From Lingula anatina (taxonomy: Eukaryota; Animalia; Brachiopoda): 64,000 bases of DNA. Location of the stretch: assembly GCA_051362555.1 (NCBI GenBank), contig CM120640.1, forward strand, positions 57,266,788 to 57,330,787. The letters are read 5' to 3'. This document shows, piece by piece, positions 57,001 to 64,000 of this stretch. Made by a program: the position numbers and the translations under genes. Under the pieces are notes generated by a model that was not told where the DNA came from, did no database searches, and saw only the letters and a program-made list of their open reading frames with translations. Position 1 is the stretch's first letter, and every line of letters starts with the position of its first letter.

Positions 57001-58072
57001 TACTATACTCTATAATGGTTATGAAAAAAGTTTTTATCCCTGCACTCTTGTGAAAAGCACTAGGGACCATTTTAAACCACCATTTTGTGAATCTGAGGAT
57101 CTGTCAGTGAATTTTTAGTTTCTTCTATCTGTTCCTAGACCAAAAGAATAACAAAGTTGAAACTTTGGAGAGTGATAGAACCGGCCATCAGGGATGTGCA
57201 AGGGCCCTTCAAAAATTCAATGTGCCGCAGGAAGGGGGTATCCCTGAGAGGGGGGGGTTACTATTACTATTACACATTGTGATTTCTCCTATCTTCTTCT
57301 TGAATTTTTTTGGGATTGACATATTATAGAAGACATGCATATATCCTAATTCAAAATTTTGGTCCCTTTGGATATAGATACTAGTTATTCTAATTTTTTA
57401 AATTAATATTTATTGTTTTGCTTTCTTTTCTATTTCTATCAGTGTAACACTTACCAGCAGAGGGGATGAGTTATCTAAAACAAAATAACAGTAAACATCA
57501 AAGTATTATGTTATTATTATTATTATGATGTTTACTTTCAATAATCAAGACCAAGACAGTGGCAATTTATGATTTTTTTTCATGGGAACGTGTTATGCTG
57601 GGCACAATTAACCAATTAACCACTAAAGAGTGGAGCTGTCTATAAGGAAACATGTATCATATCCTGAAGACTGCATGTGTGATAACAGGTGCCTTCCTCA
57701 GGACAAAGTATTGAGGCATATTATCACTGAAATCATGTGCATCTTGCATGGACATAGCCTGAATCAGGGTCACAGTTTTAATAATATCAGGTGGTGTCTG
57801 CATGACACGTCTTTTATGATACACAAGTTATATAGAGAGCTTATAACGGGTATAAGGAACCATAAACATAAGAGCATAATACAAGCATATAAATGCATAA
57901 ATCACTAGCAGAACCATTTCATTTCATCACCCTAACTTACAGCAGAAAGTTTGTAAACACACACCAGGCATCACACCAAAACACGTGATTCTGATTGTTG
58001 TAATATTTGGTTATGGGGAGTTTAAATCATGCATACCTCTCCCTGCCGCTCACTTACGTCTTCGTCTACCAT
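67..58072 (-). CDS. SZT2: SZT2 subunit of the KICSTOR complex; multi-exon, 3' end continues beyond position 1
   Basis: The spliced translation follows human SZT2 as I recall it, e.g. [149 protein letters not shown] exons read by eye, in transcript order: 58037(or 58058)-58072, 56408-56533, 56014-56193, 55481-55558, 55106-55198, 54658-54795, 53906-54068, 53551-53771, 53182-53300, 52620-52771, 52395-52491, 50546-50680, 50086-50241, 49753-49822, 49415-49615, 49006-49120, 48490-48689, 48029-48250, 47609-47687, 47218-47303, 46654-46816, 33998-34104, 33573-33715, 32171-33325, 31830-31938, 31447-31608, 30895(or 30883)-31129, 30700-30742, 30178-30462, 29553-29778, 28901-28963, 28496-28571, 28058-28243, 26836-27850, 25860-26004, 24906-25005, 24699-24822, 24345-24497, 23970-24069, 19404-19495, 18912-19050, 18128-18252, 17632-17796, 17343-17415, 16969-17136, 16439-16657, 13904-14058, 13271-13457, 12695-12891, 7479-7659, 7089-7261, 6696-6872, 6103-6447, 4196-4351, 3598-3854, 3080-3263, 2539-2749, 2126-2250, 1524-1812, 1076-1289, 702-843, 67-279. 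Individual boundaries may be off by a few nt. Confidence 0.95.
4622..5876. mobile_element. Degenerate inverted-repeat element (MITE-like) interrupted by the LINE
   Basis: 4622-4673 (tgtataag..tgc.cccc.atca.ggttcatgttttttttgccct) resembles the reverse complement of 5812-5876 (tgtattatggactgc..cccc.tttatcaagttttatgtttttttggcact). Confidence 0.45.
4691..5720 (-). mobile_element. 5'-truncated L2/CR1-group non-LTR retrotransposon (RT C-terminal half plus 3' tail)
   Basis: ORFs 5517..5720 ([13 protein letters not shown]) and 4844..5464 ([36 protein letters not shown]) are separated by one frameshift. The 3' end reads GTAAACAGCGCTGAG...AGCGC followed by an (ATT)n tail at 4691-4712. Confidence 0.9.
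7915..10795 (-). mobile_element. Composite non-autonomous Helentron-type element (HINE/DINE-1-like), copy 1
   Basis: On the - strand: T-run, 13-bp-arm palindrome TATGTACAGACAC-AGAT-GTGTCTGTACATA (10764-10793), (GTCGCC)n-like microsatellite and ~160-bp internal repeats. The 3' end has subterminal TGTCTGTACAT, a GACAGC-TTT-GCTGCC stem-loop and TTGTTTT. Extra truncated 5' modules lie at ~8610-8700 and ~9805-9880. Confidence 0.85.
11150..12360 (+). mobile_element. Heavily decayed CR1/L2-type LINE ORF2 remnant (endonuclease to start of RT)
   Basis: Colinear degenerate motifs across frameshifts: [10 protein letters not shown] (~11260-11290), MFIGD/FN (~11370-11390), [14 protein letters not shown] (~12045-12095), SEVITKS...ISLN, DSSQH (~12310). 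Confidence 0.45.
14067..16026 (-). mobile_element. HINE-like element, copy 2
   Basis: Same termini: palindrome at 15995-16024, 3' stem-loop and subTIR at 14067-14105. Internal truncated 5' module at ~14350-14430 and a duplicated block at ~14670-15070 / ~15075-15470. Confidence 0.85.
16082..16248. mobile_element. Short MITE with GC-rich terminal inverted repeats
   Basis: Left AGGGGCGGATCCAG and right CTAAATCTGCCCCTG are imperfect inverted repeats around a ~140-bp non-coding interior. No clear TSD. Confidence 0.65.
19637..23928 (-). mobile_element. HINE-like element, copy 3: head-to-tail dimer
   Basis: 3' terminus at 19637-19675. Complete 5' palindromes at 21606-21635 and 23894-23923. The two ~2-2.3 kb units have the same module order, with tandem ~157-160-bp repeats at ~21080-21500 and ~23200-23800. 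Confidence 0.85.
25152..25878. repeat. Minisatellite of 27-32-bp units (~23 copies, some 32+29 higher-order pairs) overlapping an SZT2 exon end
   Basis: Unit GTGTGGAAGTAGATGTTATGTTATATTGCCCA (32-bp period, e.g. 25741/25773). 61-bp period at 25311/25372. The last unit merges into exon 25860-26004. Confidence 0.95.
26836..27850 (-). CDS. SZT2: SZT2 large internal exon (~1015 nt), Ser-rich low-complexity region
   Basis: Covers most of ORF 26789..27838. Acceptor ttttag|GAGTTT and donor GAAG|gtatgt; phase is consistent with the flanking exons. Confidence 0.9.
32171..33325 (-). CDS. SZT2: SZT2 large internal exon (~1155 nt)
   Basis: Covers most of ORF 32100..33296. Contains SZT2-like blocks [16 protein letters not shown] and PMYIYQCS. 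Bounded by ttcag| and |gtatgt. Confidence 0.9.
37990..40150 (+). mobile_element. Heavily decayed CR1/L2-group LINE ORF2 in the 12.5-kb SZT2 intron, antisense to SZT2
   Basis: Colinear degenerate motifs: LCWNAR (~38002, EN start), QMWHGL, HGTAL, NLAKA..DTTD (DLSKAFDTVDH-like, ~39264-39305), LNLTKSKY (~39522), DSNLSWKS*I...LSALIFQLN (~39599-39676), [16 protein letters not shown] (~39828). A possible ORF1 PHD-like RCKDWYPGC lies at ~37333. Confidence 0.6.
40700..41420 (+). mobile_element. Decayed Ngaro/DIRS-type tyrosine-recombinase retrotransposon fragment (ORF1 end plus RT start)
   Basis: [12 protein letters not shown]...H zinc-finger-like motif (~40780-40825), then FSSYL..QGIHI, LNQELN, KVD, HLVG/I.WQSKHHY (compare HLLGIYWQSQYYVD..LPFG) and IVSFLND (YLDD-like), in the expected order with stops and frameshifts. 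Confidence 0.5.
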
Positions 58073-58230
58073 GATTTGCTTGGATGTCTGTCACCAGTAC
58101 ATGGAAGCATTCTAGGACAACTTTGAAATACAACTTGGGAAGTACCCTGGAGTTCCATTATAGGTTGACCTAAAATTATCTAGGTTGCGCATGCTCACTC
58201 TACTTAATTTAACTTCCGGGAAAGTTGAAC
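58073..58230. promoter_or_regulatory. Compact bidirectional promoter plus 5'UTRs shared by SZT2 and MED8
   Basis: 158 bp between divergent ATGs. NRF1-like TGCGCATGCTCA at 58186-58197 (one mismatch to TGCGCATGCGCA). ETS/GABP core ACTTCCGG at 58212-58219. Confidence 0.8.
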
Positions 58231-58541
58231 ATGCAAGTGAGTATATTTTCATTTATTTAAATTGTGGCACTGTACTAATTTGTTATATGATAACCAAGTT
58301 TAATTCACAATTTCGTATGAACTAGGATCTTTTTCATATTTTTCTAGGATGTTTCTGGTATAAAAACACACTGGTTTTACAAGAAGCTGAACAATGACAA
58401 TGTTTACCTTTCATGATTTTTCTCTTAGGCTCAGCTAAAGACTTGAAATTTTAAAACACACACAGAGAGCTCCATATCTGAGGGAAAAAGCCTTTTCAAT
58501 TTTTAGTCTATTTCATTAAGAATTAATGCTTAAGCATTAAC

Positions 58542-58606
<65 letters not shown>

Positions 58607-60863
58607 ACTGCCTTTACATGTTCTGTGTGTGGTAAGGCACATGGAAGTATCTAGATAACAATCAGCTAGCACGTCTGTCTAGATACGGGGTGGGGGGTGG
58701 GAGTCTCAAATCTTTTGCCTATCTCTTACCTACTTAAGTCGCACACTGCTGTGTCAAGACATGCTATATGAACACCATTAATAGTGCATTATACCATATC
58801 CTTCATGCATTAGAACGTATAATTTAGTGCCTATCTTATCAAAAAACTGAAATGGGAGTACTGATGCACAAATTTTTGTGCAACCAAGCTCTGTATAAAA
58901 AACTGGTAGATAATGTGATTTTTTTTTAGATTCATCAATTGGATTAAGGTGACAATTTAGAGACTAAGACCTCATTCAAAACAGGGATCAAGTATCCAGA
59001 TCCACCAATCAAATGTGGTTGACCCACTTGAATGTTTAATGAGTAATCCCTGCAGGAAATCTTTTCAGTGTATAATTCTGAATTAAACCATTGTCTTTTC
59101 AGTAGGTCGCCATATTTGAACTGGGAATCTATTAGTCCACTGTTCTGAATGCATTCTAAGATTACTAGTACATAGACATGGATATTTCTTTGTAATTTCA
59201 GCGAGACGAAAAACAATTAGACAACTCTCTGGAGGCTACCATACAAAGAGTGCAAGATCTCAAGGGTTCCCTGTCTGCATTGCTGGTGAAATTGGAAACT
59301 GAGTATACTCTAAACTGGTAAGGATTATCAAAAAGAATAGATAAAAGTCCATGATTTGCCACAGTTGCACAATTTATGAAACATGAATGACAATAAAAAG
59401 ATCTTTATATAGAAATAAACATTTTATAAACATGGTAATTATTATAATATCATGTAAAATTTGTTTTCAGGCCTTCAGTCTTAGACAGCTTTGCTCTGCT
59501 TTCTGGACAGATCAGCTCCTTAAACAAACTTCTTAAACATGAGAAAACCCCTCTATTGAGAAACTATGTTTTGCTGCCATTGCTGCTTTCACCAGACAGG
59601 GATGCAGACTTAGAAGTGAGTACACTGTTACCAAAGACATACGCCACATAATTTGCCCCACCTGACACCCTATGCACATATCCCCAAACTTAACTATGAT
59701 TTCATTTTTGCCACCCTGTTACCCTTAAACTGTTAACCTTTTTATTGAGGTTGTATTCTGCATGTAACATTTTGATTATAAATTCAAGTTTGTTTATATC
59801 TGTTTATATTCTTACATTTTTTACATATGAATTTTTAGAAATTGACAGAAGGCAGAGTCCTTGCCTTCAACCATGAGGTGGTGCCAGATTACCTGAGGAC
59901 AAAGCCAGAACCAGATGTGGAGGAAAGACAGCAACATATCAGTAAACAGGCTTCTAATATGACTGTGGAAAATGCACAGGTACAAATTATTATATTACAG
60001 ATCAAGTAAATGAGGGTGGCTAAATGTCTTTTTTATGCCTACAGATTACTTTAGAAAAGTGCTGGAATATCAACATAAAGTGACAATATTTTTTAAGTTA
60101 AATAAGTGTATGGATTATTTTATATAACTGATAATTAAATATAACTATTTTATATGTGAATTGCACAATTCATAATAGTTCTGAATTTAAAGGAAAACTA
60201 GATTATTTTTGCGAGTAATTTATTTGTGTCATTTTATTAGAAACAGATGAATGCTGTAAACAGAATAAGCACACAACTATTGGACATGATCACCAGTTTT
60301 AGAGATGAGTGGGAATTAGGTAAGTATTGTGTCACCATCTAAAGAAAAGCTAAGAAGTTGTGTCTTATACGTATTCCAATAAATCATGTCTTTAACAAAA
60401 ATTTTGTCAGGTTATTTTTTATTTCACTGCAAATTGTAATCCTCATAATCTTTTCATTATAGCTCAGAAAACCAGCCAACAACAGACATCTTCCATAGCA
60501 GATACAAATACTTTACTGGCTGCAGTTAACTTTGGTAAAGGTTTAAAGTCAGGCAGTGAGAATGTGCATTCCAGCCAGTCCCAACCATCTCCTGCAGAAC
60601 ATGCTCAACCAGGAAGACAGGGTGAGCTAAATGATTAAAAGAGCTTGAGGTTGAGATGCAGAAGTGCTCAAGTTAACTTCATTTTAAATAAGATTTAATA
60701 TTCTAGCATAGCTTTAACAAAAACATTATTTTGATTTGGTACAGAATTATTCACCACTTTAAATTATTACAATTTCATTTTAGCTTCCAGTAGCATGAAA
60801 GCCCCTAGTTCCATAAAAACCAATATCAAATCAGCCTCCAGTTTGCACCCGTACCAGAGGTGA
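58231..60863 (+). CDS. MED8: Mediator of RNA polymerase II transcription subunit 8; 7 coding exons, 241 aa
   Basis: Exons 58231-58236, 59202-59317, 59471-59615, 59839-59979, 60241-60319, 60463-60621, 60784-60863. All are GT-AG and total 726 nt in one open frame: [13 protein letters not shown]...[14 protein letters not shown]...[11 protein letters not shown]...[17 protein letters not shown]...[14 protein letters not shown]...[11 protein letters not shown]...[19 protein letters not shown]. These are hallmark MED8 motifs. Confidence 0.97.
58543..58605. repeat. (TTA)n microsatellite in MED8 intron 1
   Basis: About 20 perfect TTA units. Confidence 0.95.
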
Positions 60864-60958
60864 AGAAGATAGAAACTTTGAAAAAAGAAAGATTACAGCA
60901 CCCATGGGACTAATGCAGTAAAGAAAGTTGTACACAGAGTTTTGGCATACAGCATCTT

Positions 60959-61018
60959 TATATCACTTGCCAGTGAATGTTGCTTCTGTATATCACTTGC
61001 CAGTGAATATTGCTTCTA
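60959..61018 (+). repeat. 30-bp tandem duplication in the presumed MED8 3'UTR
   Basis: TATATCACTTGCCAGTGAATGTTGCTTCTG followed by TATATCACTTGCCAGTGAATATTGCTTCTA. Confidence 0.9.
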
Positions 61019-61149
61019 AAGAGAGATTTTTCACAGTGTCGTCTTATTAAATCCTTTGTGTATTTGGGGACTCACTAAAGGGCGCTCACCATTGTGTTAT
61101 TTAAGATTGGAGTTTTTTTTTTTTTTTTTTTTTTTTTTTCAAAAAAACT

Positions 61150-61930
61150 GAAGATTTGGTCAAAATCTATGAAATAACAACAGAGGATTCTAATTGTCAA
61201 AGGAGACATATTTTACCTTTCCTGGTTATAAAAAAAGGCACAATTTTAAGACGGGTTAAGATGGGTGTAATGCAAGACAATGAAATACTTATTGAGTGAA
61301 AATTTTGCAGATGAACGCTTCCAAAGAATTATGACAAAATACAGGTCAAGTTTGAAAATCAGCTTGATGGAAACTTTTTTTCAAAGTTTTTTTTTTTTTA
61401 TTGTAGCATGTTCTATTGACTGTTACACAAGTAACATGAAAACTGTTACAATTTGCTTTAAAACTTGCAGGACTAATTAATAGGACTATACTACAGATGG
61501 ATAATTATATTGATCGGCTTAGTTTTGATGAAGTTATGCTGTATTTTTATTATTATTATTTTTTTTTTTTTTTTTTGTACAGTGGTTTTTCCTCAGATTA
61601 AAGTCTTCAGCATGTTAGCAGTCTCATTATTGAACTAATAAGATACATGACATTTTCTGCATCTAAACAATTTTGTTAGTTGATTATACAAAAATTATGG
61701 TGAATCTGTTACCGAGTATTGTGTAATAAAGGGTCAGAAATGTTCAGAATTTCAGAATGGAGCAAATTGGACGTAAATTGTTCTGTTGATATTTTTTCCA
61801 TCTCATCAATTTCGTTGATCATATAAAAATGACAGTAAATTGGTTATTTTATATTATGTAAAAGGTGTTGAAAATGGACATTTTTTCCTGCTGTGTGTCT
61901 GTACATTTGACAGATTTGCTGCCTTATTCA
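61150..61930 (+). mobile_element. Diverged partial HINE-like copy downstream of MED8
   Basis: Ends in GTGTCTGTACATTTGACAGATTTGCTGCCTTATT (61895-61928). 61740-61880 is the reverse complement of a module in copies 1-3, and CAGGTCAAGTTTGAAAATCAGC at ~61342 matches the internal repeat. Left boundary is uncertain. Confidence 0.7.
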
Positions 61931-62299
61931 AACTTAAGCATAGAGAGAGATGAAGCTTTTGAACATGTGCGGAATGACACTTGTATTAGTGTAATTGAGC
62001 AGCCATATCAACAACAGGCTAGCCGTTGGGACACAGAAGTAGCTTTGCAACAAAGTATGAACAAAATGACCCATGAACCAGCAACTGCTGAAATGTAATT
62101 CAAGAAAGCAAACAAAGTTGTTTTAAAAGTTATTATTTGCCAAGTCACTATGAACAATATAGTGACAATATTAATAACATTGCAATAATATCCATTGGTT
62201 GAAACTTTGAAATTCTATCAAACTGAAGTATCACTGACAATATGTAAATATATATATAAAGATATATGTGTAACATTAGAAAGACTTGTTTAAAATTTG

Positions 62300-63870
62300 T
62301 TCTGGTCGTAGTACAGACAAGCAAGCAAATACTAGCTTCTCTCAAATTATAACATCAGTATATCCTTGGGTGAAATATTAAATACCTTGTACTTGTCACA
62401 TTTGATAAAGGGAATATCTAAGTACATACTAATTTATAGATTAGCCATTTTATTTTTATTAAGTGTCATTCTTGGATGTGGTGCTGTGCTTACAAGTCAT
62501 TTAAAAAATCTTATCGGTCTTTCTCATTTTCCACCCAAGTGTCTTTTTAACCCTCTATACACAGTATGACAATAATGAACAAACCTTACATTTATTTACA
62601 ATTGTGTTATAATGAGACTTGTTACGTCAGGTATGAGAAACTATCTACAAGTCAAGACTGGGATGCAGCATTCATTGCACAGCAATGGCAATTATATAAT
62701 CTCGATTGTACGAAATTTCAAAATATTCTTAATTCTTCAAATTCAAAACCAAATCCAGCAATGTACAACTTGTGAAAATAATAGGGTAAAGCTTAATTTT
62801 AGAAGAATTTCCTTGGAAAAAATGTATCATATTCCATTTAAAAATGAATGCACATATGACACTTACCAAAAAGGAACTGCACCTATCAGAAACAATTTTA
62901 TTACAAATGAAAGTGTCTGTTCAGATTCTTTAAAATTTCTTATCCTGACTTTTACAACAATGTATGAGTACCAGGTCAAAAGTGATACCTGATTGAGATT
63001 TTTGTAATCAAATTCCTTGAAATTCATCAAATACATTGAAATGTTTTATATACATAACCTTTGTGTCCCCGTTAACCCTCATCTATTGTAATATACAGCC
63101 TTGAGTAGCAGAAAATCCATTCAAAAGCAACAGCATCTCTTCTGACAACTATCAATTAACATTTAAACACAAGAAGAACAACCCTCTTAGTTTTCACCAA
63201 TTTTGAAATGTTCCTTGGTTGTTAGGTATATCAGTGAGATGAAAATCAACCAAATTTAAGTCACCAGAAGCAGCCATGTAGTAATGATTGCCTCAAAAGC
63301 ACCTTAGTAGATTCGACAAACAGGCAGAGCAAGCTTAAATAGAATCCCTCAGCTCGTCATGCACTACTACAATTTGAATTCTATACTGTGCCAATCTTGA
63401 AAATATTTTCTATCTACTTCATTCTATCAAAATATTTTATAACAGGATCTTGTGGACTGACAGGAATCCATCTGTTCATTAAGGTTTTGGATAAATAGGT
63501 AAAACTTAATACGTTCTTGATAAAAGTGATAATAGCTGCATAAGCTTTCTAGCACTTCCAATTTTAAATTAGTTTTGTTCCCCACAAGTTGTAACAGCAT
63601 GGACAAGCCTGCAATTGCAATGTAGACCTCAAAAGACTTTTAGGATTTCAGTATTCAAATGTAAACCTTTTTATTCTATATTAAGAAGTGAAAATAATCT
63701 AAGCAGCTACCATTCACTGTGGTCTACTAGCTGTATTGCTGTCAGATATGTAATGCCTGTGATCACACCATCATTTCTTATCTTAGAGAACTACATTTTT
63801 CAGACAAAAATCAACTCCAAGCAGACAGAGCATTTCCCTTCATTATTCTTTGTCAATCATCTTAGCCACT
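62300..63870 (+). mobile_element. Probable heavily decayed LINE remnant
   Basis: Weak colinear motifs: STNRQSKLK (~63314), QESICSLRFWIN (QGSILGPLLFLIYINDL-like, ~63461) and LYCCQICN (~63730). Ends next to a (TA)n tract. Confidence 0.35.
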
Positions 63871-63878
63871 GGCAACCA

Positions 63879-63880
<2 letters not shown>

Positions 63881-63947
<67 letters not shown>
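63881..63947. repeat. (AT)n microsatellite
   Basis: About 33 perfect AT units. Confidence 0.95.
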
Positions 63948-63949
<2 letters not shown>

Positions 63950-64000
63950 GTTGCACTTGCAGGCTTCATTTGCTTTATTTATTGTTCAGGAATAATTGTA

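Noticed and set aside
61950-63150. Possible terminal exons of a convergent - strand membrane-protein gene (e.g. VSLLTWYSYIVV...LFLIGAVPF)
   Set aside because: Adjacent candidate exons contain in-frame stops, and the + strand shows weak LINE-like motifs.

Overview
AT-rich, CpG-poor animal genomic DNA, not prokaryotic. The repeat types suggest a lophotrochozoan such as a mollusc (inference). About 58 kb is a ~62-exon SZT2 gene (KICSTOR scaffold) on the - strand. It starts at 58072 and its 3' end lies beyond position 1. A complete 7-exon MED8 gene (58231-60863, +, 241 aa) sits head-to-head with it, only 158 bp between start codons, with NRF1-like and ETS/GABP motifs in the gap. The same pair is head-to-head in human. 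Introns and flanks hold about 10 kb of composite non-autonomous Helentron-type (HINE/DINE-1-like) elements with ~160-bp internal repeats, a fairly young L2/CR1-type LINE fragment, several heavily decayed LINE remnants, a decayed Ngaro/DIRS remnant and a MITE. The most unusual local structures are a minisatellite built from an SZT2 exon/5'-splice-site junction, a candidate duplicated 51-nt cassette exon, and a transposon terminus abutting a splice acceptor. I found no convincing new multi-gene system. All exon boundaries and homologies were read by eye.
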